DNA from: Diadema antillarum
Lineage: Eukaryota
NCBI RefSeq assembly: GCF_040938485.1
Contig: NW_027271758.1
Coordinates: forward strand, 248,001 to 312,000
Length of the DNA: 64,000 nt
Direction of reading: 5' to 3'
The notes beneath the pieces were generated by a model. That model worked only from the letters and a program-made list of their open reading frames with translations, was not told the DNA's origin and searched no databases. Of this stretch, positions 13,001 to 24,667 are shown in pieces (the stretch's first letter is position 1; every line of letters begins with the position of its first letter). A program made the translations under genes and the position numbers.

Positions 13001-14164
13001 TTGCATTTCAACGTGGCAGTGTACCTGCAGAAAACAGTCCTGCCTATGCAATGATAATAGGCCTACTATTTATTGAAGTGATTGACTTCCACATATTTGT
13101 AGGTCCTATACATGAAAGTGCTCCAGCATGCTTGAATTTGCAGGATAAAGATCTTACAGCACCAAATATGGGTAGAAATCCATCTTGAATTTCAAAAGTG
13201 GCAGCCAATGCGAATAATCCATTATTACAGAATGTATAATTATGTGTGTGTATGTTTGTAAAAGAATGTACAATGTACACCTCCATAAACTTGATATGCC
13301 TAAAAGTTGCTTGAACCACAGATATTAGCTGAAAAGCAGCCATTTTGAAAGATAAAATGGCAGCCGCAAAAATGATCTGCAATTTTAGGGAGGGGATCAA
13401 AGTGCATCTGAATGTTCAACATCATGAGCCCGGTTTATGCCCGGAATGTGAACTTTCTGTATTGTTTACAACATGAAATATGGGTCAAAATATGCATTCT
13501 GGTATGGCGGCCATTTTGAATTTCAAGATGGCCACCTACTAGTATAATATCAAAATGGACAGAAAAAGATGTTTCAGAAAGTCTGATAGCATACGCATGC
13601 TCTTTGCCCCTACTTAGAACCTTACACACTGCATATAATATGAGATATAGGCCCAATTACATATACTATGGTGGCCATTTTGAATTTCAGGATGGCCGCT
13701 AACCAAAATGATCCATCATTTAAAACAAAAATGTATATGTTGGCATGTCTGACATGCTTTTTGCCTCAAATTAATACTTTCCATATTGCTTACAACCTGA
13801 GATACAGGTAAAAACACAGTTAGCTATGGCGGCCATTTTGAATTTCAAGATGGCAGCCCTCAAATTGTATTAAACACTCTACAATATCAGGAAATGGTGT
13901 ATCAGAATGTCTGATATCATAAACATGCTTTTTGCATCAAATTTGAACCTTCATTGATGCTCACATTATGAGAACTGGGTCAAAATACAGTTTGCTATGG
14001 CGGCCATTGTGAAATTCAAAATGGCGGCTGAAGACGTGGTCGAAAAAAATGGAACTAAAGTTTTTTGGATTCAGCACCCCAAAATTGACAAAGTTAGCTA
14101 AAAAAATCAATTTTGGCACGAAAATCTCACGGGATCCAATATTTCGACATAGCAGACCGTACTA
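10031..14164. mobile_element. Internally deleted Academ (AcademX-type) DNA transposon with long modular inverted arms, in cyclophilin intron 2
   Basis: Ends TAGTAGGGGCTACTATGT / ACATAGCAGACCGTACTA; 3-bp TSD taa|...|taa; 10051-10200 is the near-exact reverse complement of 13981-14135; arms built of about 170-bp subunits centred on GCCATTTTGAATTTCAAAATGGC; interior encodes XPG-like and Cys-rich remnants. Confidence 0.85.
11357..12770 (+). pseudogene. Decayed C-terminal part of the Academ ORF: XPG/FEN1-like nuclease plus Cys-rich zinc finger
   Basis: HNEEADILIPLHILDA (12048-), frameshift, DTDIFILL (12149-), LLGHAFHGTG*S*KFEDVSKSRWIK, AFQKLG, then SCSYGKKCKSHC / LCTALYKCCDFKN (12667-12770); several stops and frameshifts. 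Confidence 0.8.
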
Positions 14165-15532
14165 TAACATTTTTGTATGGTTTCTGATTCCGAGGGAGGG
14201 GTGGGGGGGGGGGGGTGCCCTTGACCCCAGCATTAGCACTACACCCCTTCCTGCACTATTACAGCAGTTCCTCGGCTCTGTATAAGAAGACCACAAGCCA
14301 TATTGAACCACTCTCATCCCCCTTTTATTCTACCTTCTCCCCAAGCTTGGTCATACCTTGGCACTATTCGGGTCGTTACAAAAACTTTTCTCTTAAGAAT
14401 TTTAAGTTTAATCGACTCTTATTCTCTATAATGACGCATCATGAATTTCCTGCAGCTCAAACACTTTATGCAGGACCTATCTTATCTTAAAGAAAAGGAA
14501 ATGTTGATCAGTTGGGTCAGAAATGTGCCGGAGCTCATCAATGGACTGGTGCTGTTAGCTGTTGTGACTCAGACATCTGTATGATTAATTAATTCGATCT
14601 GACTCTATCGACTCTGTTTCCTGTTTCGTTTCACATGGTCAAAATAGCGTAATGACTGATCTGAATTAATTTCCCTGTGTGATGCCTATGCTCAAGCGAG
14701 CTTTAAAATGAAAAGAATAGAATTAGTAAAATGAATCAACCTATTACTGGTCGCTGATCAAAAATCATACTTGGGAAATCGAAAAGTCAAAGAAATTAAT
14801 GAAATCTGAAAATACGAATTTCTGTTAGATTTTTGAGTATATGCTACAAACGTCATGCGCGATTGCAAGTCTTATAACGATTTAGAGCACATTAATAATC
14901 TTCAGTCAAATTCATACGTGGTGCTGAGATTGTGTATTTCGAGTTGATAAAAATCATACCATAATGAAAGAACTGGTATAGTGTTACAAAATATACCATT
15001 ATATTGCATCAGTTTGACATTGTCCCACACTATTTCATGGAGACTCTTCGATAACAGCTCAATCATGACATACATGCGTGGTTGCTTTGGATTATTTCTG
15101 TTGTCCCGCACCATGCGTGACTACAGGTATTGTTCGTTTGTGTTCTTTATGCCGGCATGTTGCCGATACCGTGGGATGATTTTTATTGTGAAGTCATGAC
15201 ATCACCGCCTCATCATGTAAGCTGTTAAGAAGGGAAACATCAAACTGCCGTAACTTTTGATTTCCAAAAGTGAATGAAACTTCTTTTATTATGTTTATTT
15301 GATTTTGCTTTGATACTTACTAAATCCCGCTTGAATATGGAGTTGGATCGCACTTTCAAAAAATGATGTATGAGTGAAAATTATGTTGCCTTGACCATTA
15401 TCGTCTGTAATTACAGCTGTCACAAATCGACGTTTGCTGTAAAGATACTACGCGCCTTTTCTTATAGGACAACTACCCTCATTTATCTTCTTTTATTTTG
15501 TGTGTTGACGCCGATTGTCCCCCGACCCACAG

Positions 15533-15655
15533 GCGGCGACTTCCTCAGCAGCGATGGTAGCGGAAGCACGAGCATCTATGGGAAGGACCACTTTGACGAC
15601 GAAAACTTCAAGCTTGACCACTACGGCGCTGGCTGGTTGGCCATGGCTAATGCTG
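15533..15655 (+). CDS. PPIB: Cyclophilin exon 3
   Basis: (G)[40 protein letters not shown](G); cacAG / GTGAG; 123 nt, phase 1 to 1. Confidence 0.96.
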
Positions 15656-15998
15656 GTGAGAATGTAATAGCCAGATGCATCCAAAGAGGTTCTATTTATC
15701 CCTATAGAACCTCTTTAAGTACGTCACATTTTCGGATTGACACTAATGCTTTTCTCGTAATAGTACAAAAACAGAAAAAAAAAATGGTTTACAAGAACCC
15801 GCGAATGAACGACTTCCGGGGGGGGGGGGGGTTGCCACAAGTGCGTATACAATGCACTCATGAATCATTCATCAAATGAGCCTACCATGAGTATGCATAA
15901 AAACAAAACAAAAACAAAAGAAAAACAAAGAAAAACAAAACAAAACACAAACAAAACACAAACAAAACAAAACAAAACAAAACAAGCCTGGAAACAGC

Positions 15999-16390
15999 TA
16001 AAAGGGAATGTACAGTACTGGTTGAGGTGGGGATTCATGGTTTATAACATTCCTAAGTTTGACAATGAGAAACCTCTTAAGAAATATGAAAAAGCATGTG
16101 ATTTTAAGAAGGATTCAACGTTTATTTGATGAAAATTTGTTTTCAAATGGCTGAGATATGCAAAAAAGTGATAATAATAAAAGGCGACAGGACACGCTTT
16201 TATTAGGATCTCTTTGTTTTATCTTCTTTTTGGATATCTCAGCCATTTCAAAACCGATTTTCATCAAATAAGCTTTTGCTTCCCTTTAGAATTGCATGCT
16301 CTCTGACATCTCATAGAGTGGTTTCTGAATATCTCACAAAACGTTTAAAGCTGAATCCTCACCTCAACCAGAACTGTACAGTCCCTTTAA
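15999..16390 (+). mobile_element. About 390-bp TTAA-target MITE (Kolobok-like), copy A
   Basis: TIR (TTAA)AGGGA.TGTACAGT.CTGGTTGAGGTG, ends gtccctttaa; internal inverted repeat around gatatctcagccatttcaaaacc. Confidence 0.85.
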
Positions 16391-17340
16391 ATTTTGTTCT
16401 CGTGCCAAGTGCATGTGCGTCACCACACAATAAGACGTTCACGAAGTGACTTCATACCCGTGTAATATTGCTTATGGCTCAGTACTCCCCCTTTTCCCCT
16501 TTTGTGTACAGTGGCCTATGAAGATTGTAGTATGGATACCAGCTTGAGTTATAATGTGCCCGCACAATGACTTGGTCCTGTTATATTGAAAAGGGAACTC
16601 CCGGAGAGTCATCTTACTACTACTTAGTTTTGGAAACAAGGAAAACACATGTTATGCAATTCTAAAACACATTGAGCAGATCATTTACTAGCGACAACTG
16701 ATGAGTGGTTTCTGTTTGTTTCGTTTTGAATTAATTTTGTTTGTAGGGTTAATTAAATAGATTTGATTAGGATAACGCATCGCCGTTCGAAGTGTCGCCA
16801 TCTCGCCAAATCAGGCAGAGGACGTATAGATCTAAATTAAAAGTTTTATGAGAATATAGATGTCAGTCACATATTGCTCTCCATAGATCCTTATCATGAG
16901 CTTGAGGTGATCAGAAGTATAGGCCCTATAGGATCAACAAGGAGGTTTGGGGGTATGATGTTCCTGTACTCACATTTCGGCGACGTTCATTGCGTCCACT
17001 TCAATTCATTGGAATTTCAGACACAATAAACACGATGATATAATCATCAGCAGCACTTCCAAAAAGGGGTTGTTGAAGTTAAACAAACATTTTCACTTCT
17101 TATGAAGTCTGTACCACAGCACGAAGAAAATATATTTTTTGAGTAGCAGGTATTGTACTTAAAAGATTACCAGTGATGTGTATTCGTCAATGATTCATCT
17201 CAAATAATGACATCACGAATAGAAAGTACATGTATAGAAAAACGCATTTTATAAGTTCGTCGTGAAGTGTTCCGACGCGGGACTGAAAAGTAAGATCTGA
17301 AGACTACCATGTCGTACGGTCTTTCGTTCATCAACTACAG

Positions 17341-17597
17341 GACCCAACACAAACGGCTGCCAGTTCTACATCACGACGGTGAAGACGAAATGGCTGGACG
17401 GGGCCCACGTGGTCTTCGGCAAAATCATCAGCGGCATCGACACCCTGGCGGCCGTCGAGCGCACAGAGACGGACGTCAACGATAAGCCCATCAAAGACGT
17501 CGTCGTCACGGCCTCGAGCGTGGAGGAGCTGGCTCCCTTCGACAGGTTCGAAGTGGAGAAACTTGGTGTGGCCATGCCCATTATAGATGCCGAGTAG
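17341..17597 (+). CDS. PPIB: Cyclophilin exon 4 (terminal; total CDS 651 nt, 216 aa)
   Basis: (G)[27 protein letters not shown]...PIIDAE*; tacAG acceptor; first downstream AATAAA seen near 18919-18924. Confidence 0.96.
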
Positions 17598-17650
17598 AGA
17601 GCAGTGGATACGCGGGGGAAAGAGAAGTTCATTTCATTTTTAGCGCAGCT

Positions 17651-18018
17651 TTTAGGGCAATTCCGAACCCGTTAAATTAAATCTTACAAGAAAGAGCAAG
17701 ATTTTGTAAGCACAACAGCGACATTCTGATCAAAATTCAAAAACAAACAAACAAACAAACAAACAAATAATGAGATTGTGAATTGTTAAACAATAATGGA
17801 AGTTGTAAGGCGATTACATTATGAACTCACTCATTTTGTATTTTCATATTGACTGTTTTTCATGAAATTGTTGTGTAAAAATTAGCGAAACATGAAAATA
17901 TCACAACTTCCCCATTTTTTTTTCTTTGTCAGATTTTGATCACATTTTCACTTTTGTGGTTATCAAATTTTACTCTTTTTTCAGACTAACATTTAACTGG
18001 TCCCGAGTGGCCCTTTAA
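17651..18018. mobile_element. Degenerate TTAA-type MITE in the cyclophilin 3' UTR region
   Basis: Left tttagggcaattccgaacccgttaaat, right atttaactggtcccgagtggccctttaa; imperfect TIRs. Confidence 0.45.
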
Positions 18019-19311
18019 CTCGAAGGAACTGCGCTGGGGCGTATGCATGTCAATCCGATGTGCTTCGCACTCCTTGAGGAAGAGACCAAGGACCGGACTG
18101 GTCCAGTTTTAGACTGAATATCTGTAAACTTCTACAGAAAACCACCCATCGGGGATACTTTGTTGACTGTCGGCAGTCTACGTTTTCACAATTAGCACAG
18201 CTAATTTCTCCTAAAAAAAACAAACGAACCAAAATAGTAAAGATTGGGGCAATAATTGTAATTTCTCGTGCAAGACACGTTGCCATGATGAGTGCAAAAT
18301 AACTTTTCACGATTCGTAGGGTGTAGATTCAGTTATATTGCTGCAGGCATATAGTGATGCCCTTGTCTTGCCAGATAATTGATAAGTGTTCCGACATATC
18401 TACCAATAAGACGTTGTCAGCTTTACTTTTTTTCTTGTTAAATTCATTTAATTTTGAAAGAATTCAAGAGTGTCTATGCAATTGCTTAGTATACCTATTA
18501 ATGACGTGCAGGTTTATTCGCAGTATTAAGAGAAAATGGGAAAAAATGCAAATGTTTCAATGCAAATAACAAGTACTTTCCCACTATAGTTCAACAATAT
18601 TTAAATATCGATACAAAAGGAGTCAGTAAGAGTTACTATCGGGAGCGTTACAGTTACACTAATTTACATAAGGCTGAAGAAGAACAGGAAAACAAAACAA
18701 AAACAAACACGTCGCGACGTTACAGCGAAAAATTAAGACTTGGATGGCGATACCCCTTTATGTTTGTGTTTGACGCCAAAGATATGACTTACACCGTTTG
18801 ATCCTATAAATCAACGTGTGCGCGATATACATGATAAAGTAACTCCCCACTCACGTAAAATACGTGTATTTTGAGAAGAGCAACAGTACTTTTTATCAAA
18901 TTCAATGGGGATATTAAGAATAAAATGTATATATTATTTTAAGATGAAACACTTTGTTAAAAACCGTTCAAATAAGTTCATGTGACTTGCAAAATATGCT
19001 GATGATTTTTATACAGAGAATTTCGAGTGACTTTCAAGTTTGTTGAACATGACGATTGTACAATGTGTATGCGTCTTTGAGAAAATGCAATGTTCACCGG
19101 TACATTTTGCACTGTATTCCGAACACTCTGTTTGTTGTTGTGGGTTGCTGTTCGTGAGAAATGTGTTCTTCAAATTATGTTGGTAAATTAAGAGTCTTAA
19201 TTTATTGATGTACTTTCTTGAATATGTCAGATGTAATTGTAATAAAGATACATTCGCACTGATGCCCAATTTCTTTTTGTTTTGGTTCTCTGTTTACGTC
19301 AAGAGGAGTTC

Positions 19312-19695
19312 AATGGTGTTAACAGTTCTGGTTGAGGTGAGGATTTAGCTTTTAACGTTTTGCGAGATATTCACAAACCAGTCTATTAGATGTCAAAGAG
19401 CATGCAATTCTAAGGGGTATTAAAAGTTTATTTGATGAAAATTGGTTTTGAAATGGCTAAGATATCCAAAAACAAGGTGAAACAAAGAGATCCTAATAAA
19501 AGGTGTGGCCTGTCGCCTTTTATTATTATCACTTGTTTGGATATCTCAAAATTTGAAAACCAATTTTCATCAAACGTTGAATCCTTCTTAAAATTACATG
19601 CTCTTTCATATTTCATAAGAGGTTTCTCATTATCTCACTTAGGAGTGTTCAAAACATGAATCCCCACCTCAACCAGTACTGTACAGTCCCTGTAA
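19312..19695 (-). mobile_element. Same TTAA MITE family, copy B (inverted relative to A)
   Basis: Reverse complement of copy A over its whole length; ends cctcaaccagtactgtacagtccctgtaa. Confidence 0.85.
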
Positions 19696-19863
19696 GTATC
19701 ACGTTGCTCCTGTGTGTGATGGTGTGTGCGTGTGTGTGTGTCTGTTTTCTGTCGGTTTGTTTGGTTTGTCGAGAGGTTTCGAAGTCAATACACAAATGAT
19801 TTGTAGAATGCAATGGACCCAAAGCTATGCTGTTGTTCCTTGATTTTTTTTTAATTTGCTTAA

Positions 19864-20016
19864 NNNNNNNNNNNNNNNNNNNNNNNNNNNNNNNNNNNNN
19901 NNNNNNNNNNNNNNNNNNNNNNNNNNNNNNNNNNNNNNNNNNNNNNNNNNNNNNNNNNNNNNNNNNNNNNNNNNNNNNNNNNNNNNNNNNNNNNNNNNNN
20001 NNNNNNNNNNNNNNNN
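19864..20016. other. Assembly gap (153 N)
   Basis: Run of n. Confidence 1.
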
Positions 20017-22903
20017 AAATAAGGAGGAAAAGAAAACCAAGGTACATGTATATGCAGCTCAAACACTCTCAAATATGTTTTAGTAGTTGGTATAATCAAT
20101 GAAATGCAACAATAGGCTCAAATTCAATGGTTGGTATTAGTTAGCCATTTTTTTTTTAATTTCTCATAAAAGTTAATGCATATTTACACATACTGGCATC
20201 AATCCCGCATAAGATTCTTTCCTCCTTTGCAATGAGAAGGGAAAGGACATGCTTTCACAAAGCCAAGTACATTTCTGCCCACTTCAAAAAAATTATCATT
20301 AGTTCTTATAGAGCATATTTTGCTCTCCTTTTCCAATACAATAAACATCTTCAGATAATGAATTGTAACATATGAATATAAATGCTCATTCAATAAGTTT
20401 TATTGAGGAATACACGTTTTCTTCTCTCTTTTTTTTTTTTCTAATTCCAAACTAACGGCACAGTGCTTATTACTATCATTTTAAGAAACAGAAAGGCAAG
20501 GGAGATAATTAGAAAATTTTGCTGTGAAGGGAGTACGGAGAGAGAGTGTGAGACGGTCCAATTTTTAATGTCAATACAAACTAAGAGAAGCATCAGTGTA
20601 GATCCTGCCCGACTAATCAATTCAAAAGCAATGAAAAATCAAATCAAGAAAGCAAACCTGAAAACCCACGCTTCATACGAGTGATCAATGCATTACACTG
20701 TGAAATGAAAATTGGAAAAAGCCATAATTCAAGACAGTTTCATCGTTTTTGTTTAGCACTTCAAGACACTCTATTTCTGTAGTTCGTAATTGTGGCGCTA
20801 ATTGCTCTCAATGTACATAAAATAAATATATTTGGGTAATATCTCAAACCAACTACCAATCATTTATGATGCAAGCTTAGGCCAGGGAGGTGGGCATCCA
20901 CCTCCCTGCTTAGGCTAAAGTTGGCAATGCAACGACTGAAATTCACTGCACTCACAATGAGACGGAATTCACACAGTTATTGGTAAACAGCTGCTCCTGT
21001 AAAAGGCATCGTTTGCTCTTGAACCATCATGCCTTGGCGCACGTCATCTCTGATTAAGTTTGTGGCACAAAAATCTCACTCGGAGAAATTTTACACTCAT
21101 TCAAGATGTACGAAAGCAGCATGATAGTGTATAGTCTGCTACAGAGCCACACACGGACCCTCAAAATCATCCCCGCAGTTATTGAGCCTGAATACAAGAC
21201 TTGTTCCAATAACCAGAACACAACAACAACATCACAGCAGAAATTGCACAAGTCACTGCACAAGTTGAGCCTCCCAACACGACCTCAAAATAAGTCAGAT
21301 GCTCATCTTTACCTGCTGCTGTTGAATACTACAAATCAGATCAAAGACAGGATGAAAAATTTACATTCGGGTCCCATATTGCGCAAATTAAATATTTACG
21401 CTCCTGCTTGCAATCTTTGCGTTTCTGAACATGTGGTGACGTCACCTGATTTGTTGATTCTCTGCGGAAAAATTTGGGATATGCACAGGCTACTCGATGG
21501 ATTGCCTGTTCCTTCAGATGGCTTGCTCATTCAACAGGAGAGACTACACTCTCATCAGGTTCAGAAAGTGTCAACTGGAACTGTTCTCTCAGCCACATAC
21601 AGCTATAAACCATTTACGATGACAAAGAGAGTACCGTGCAACAATTACTGGCCATGAATATCGATAATGTTCCACATTGTGGCAATTTGCTGTCACTACG
21701 ATGCTGATCACTACACTGCTGATCACTACACCAGGGTACAATCTCTATACACCCACAGTGACTGTAGTCTTCATTCAAGGAGTTAGCCCTTAACCTTAAA
21801 GAAAGCCACTTGGAAGTGGTGAAGAGCAAATCAAATGAACAGGAAAAATTCTGCTCAGGTGACCGAGATCTGCCTAGAACGTTTCACAGGAAAGCATTCA
21901 GATATCAAATGACATTGAACAGCGCGATCTTGCCTTGACAATTTCCCTTTTGCAGTATGATTTCCACGCATCTGTTGCTTCGATGTGACCGCTGTCATTC
22001 ACTGCAACTCCGTTATCAGAGCTACATTTTAGAAAAAGATGTTACAATAGTAACTCTTGCTGGAATGGCAACTTCCAATAGCAACACAGCCAATCAGGAA
22101 GCTGGATTCATGTCATTACCATGACAATTGCCATTCCAGCAAGAGTTGCTATCATATCAACTTTTTTTTAATGAAATACTGCCCAGGTGTGCTTCATATG
22201 AACTGATCTTAAAGAATATGACTTATCTTGCTAAAGGTTCAAAATTCTAGACAGTCAATTATGGCTGGAAAGCACAATTCATTATGAGCCCTACCAGAGG
22301 TATTACCAGGAGTAATGCTGTATGCCTTTGACAGGCAAGCATATTGAAAATATCAATAGAGAATCAAAGACAATGACCTCAAAATAAAAAAATAACATAA
22401 CATCATAGAGCCATTGCTCCCTAAATTTTGTAATCATTTAAAGGGACTAATGGCATAATGCTGATATCATGCAAATTTATCATGTCACATATTCCTTAAG
22501 ATCTATTTCTCATTCTCTCAATTAAATACATACCATACTATTCACCTAGAGAGGTTTTCTGTCAATTTCTAGTACATAAATTGATTTGACTGTATAACAC
22601 AGCTAATATATCACTCCTGACTAGGAAATAAACATATTACAAATGCACATTTCATATGGACACACTTCACTGTGTTATCATCTATCTGTTACAGGCCTGG
22701 GGTGGTCCAAGAGGTGCGGCAATATTATTTGCATGATTTTTACTTTCTGAATTAAATTCATCTCTGCATCTAAATAACTGAATAATAATTTTAGGGGGTG
22801 GGGGGGGGGGGACACTTTTACATCACTAGAAGGCTGTCAACTTTTCAACATAAATATCAAGAAGGTTCCAAAGAGGCTAAAGGAAATGCCTGCATGACAC
22901 ATG

Positions 22904-23324
22904 TACTGTAAAAGTGGATATTTTTGTGCCAGGAATTTTTCATGCTCACCCAAGTAAGACAAATTTCATGTTTTGGTTTGTTCTTATTTAAATTTTGCAG
23001 CTGGTCATGACAATTGAGCAAGCACTTCAAACGGCTCAACTTTGTCATGGCGGCAAAGGTTTTGGGCAGGAACGTACTACTGCAAAAGGTAACTGGCCCG
23101 CATTTTGACAGTAAAGTCACTGATGCTACAGGACTAGCAAACATGACGAAAACAACAACCAGCATAGCTTTTAAACCCCTACAATATACCTGCCTTGAAA
23201 TCAAAGACACAGGTATTAGATATAACAAGGAACTAATTTGCGAAATTCTATTTCCGTGCTATCTTCATGTTGCCCTAAATGTGGGAAAAATTTCCATCCT
23301 GTAAAAATGTCCACCTTCACAGTA
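22904..23324. mobile_element. Tc1/pogo-type TA MITE
   Basis: tactgtaaaagtggatatttt ... aaaatgtccaccttcacagta. Confidence 0.75.
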
Positions 23325-23477
23325 TCTAAGTAGACAACTATAATATATTCCCTAATCAGAGAGACTACTAAGTAAGCTGAAAACGTTCTCACAGGCACAT
23401 TTGACAGGCTTAAAACAAAGTTAGGCTGAACCAGACTATGATGAAGTGATACCGGACAGAAATTTAGTACACCCATA

Positions 23478-23647
23478 GGGGGTGTTTCATAAAGCTGCTC
23501 GTAAAGTTACGAGCAACTTACGAGCGACTGGTGATCAGTTCTGATGTGCTACACTTATCAGAATTTCCACAATTCAGCACAAGAACTGATCACCAGTCGC
23601 TCATAAGTTGTTCGTAACTTTACGAGCAGCTTTATGAAACACCCCCC
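23478..23647. mobile_element. 170-bp near-perfect hairpin MITE (PIF/Harbinger-like GGGGG ends) just downstream of the CNOT10 stop
   Basis: gggggtgtttcataaagctgctcgtaaagttacgagcaacttacgagcgactggtgatcagttct mirrored by agaactgatcaccagtcgctcataagttgttcgtaactttacgagcagctttatgaaacaccccc. Confidence 0.85.
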
Positions 23648-23743
23648 TAGTAATAAAGGGTTATGCAAGGAGTATGTGCTATTTTACACACTGTAATGGC
23701 ATACAGAATGAAAATTTTGAAATTGAGTAATGGGGGAATAGAT

Positions 23744-23964
23744 CTATCTCCAAGCGTTGGCCCCAGGCTTACCCCCTCCAATGGGGGTTGGGAGGCCGAA
23801 GGTGGAGGGGCGGGCGGTGGCAGGCGACCCTATGGGCGTGGGGAAGACACCTGGGCTACTGGAGGGGACCGGCGGGGCGATGACCGGTGCTTCCAGAGGG
23901 GTGGTCTTGATGTATGGAATCATCTGTTGCTTCTTGACCATCTGCAGGGCCATGTTGTAATTAC
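23744..23964 (-). CDS. CNOT10: CNOT10 coding exon 14 (terminal; total CDS 2346 nt, 781 aa)
   Basis: (G)NYNMALQMVKKQQMIP then Pro-rich tail to NAWR*; matches human GNTQLALQIIKRNQLLP; cacAG acceptor. Confidence 0.92.
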
Positions 23965-24015
23965 CTGTGTAGGGGATGCAGAATGGCAGCTCTGTATGCA
24001 CGAGTGTTCTCTATC

Positions 24016-24105
24016 ATTTATTTATTTATTTATTTATTCAGTCTTTTTTCAACAGGGTAGCCCCATCAGTAGGCAAGTACTGTTCTTACTGGGGGCCCTG
24101 CACAA
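24016..24105 (-). mobile_element. 3' end of an L2/CR1-type LINE with (AAAT)n tail in the last CNOT10 intron
   Basis: Minus strand gcagggcccccagtaagaacagtacttgcctactgatggggctaccctgttgaaaaaagactg(aata)n, stem-loop plus tail. Confidence 0.6.
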
Positions 24106-24591
24106 ACAAACATTACAGTTGACAAGACAGAGACATATACATCAAATACAACACACTGTATGTGGACAGGTACAATTCTTCATGGTGCATTTTGTAGCTT
24201 TGGAATGAGCATGAGCACACAGTGTTTGTTCTAACATGTGATGCAATTTAAGTCGTTGAGTTAAAAATTACTTACATTACTTGTTAACTGTGAACCACGC
24301 ATAGTACTCAATTTTGCAAGTGTAAATTGAGTTTTCCATGACAGCAGACACACAACACTACACAAGCAGTTCTTAATTGCTTTAATATAAACTGACACTC
24401 CAGCTAATAATAATGTTTCAATACGAAACGTTGTAGAAATCTTTTTTTTTGGGAAAAAATCTTTGGAGCAATAGTTTTGTTTATAGTGGGAAATCGCAAA
24501 TGATGATGATGAAAATCAACTATTGCTACTACTACTACAACTACTAGACCATGATCACCAATCCAGTCTCTGTACTCCAAAAAACACTCAC

Positions 24592-24667
24592 CAGTGTGTA
24601 ATTCCAGGTATATTGCTGTGTACAGTGCTTGCTTGGGGATGTCATGAGTCGGAATCAGGCGGCAACC
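24592..24667 (-). CDS. CNOT10: CNOT10 coding exon 13
   Basis: GCRLIPTHDIPKQALYTAIYLELHT(G) vs human [34 protein letters not shown]; 76 nt. Confidence 0.92.

Noticed and set aside
21106-21657. 183-aa + strand ORF, the longest in the track
   Set aside because: No recognisable domain or splice context; lies antisense to the probable CNOT10 3' UTR; composition fits a chance ORF.
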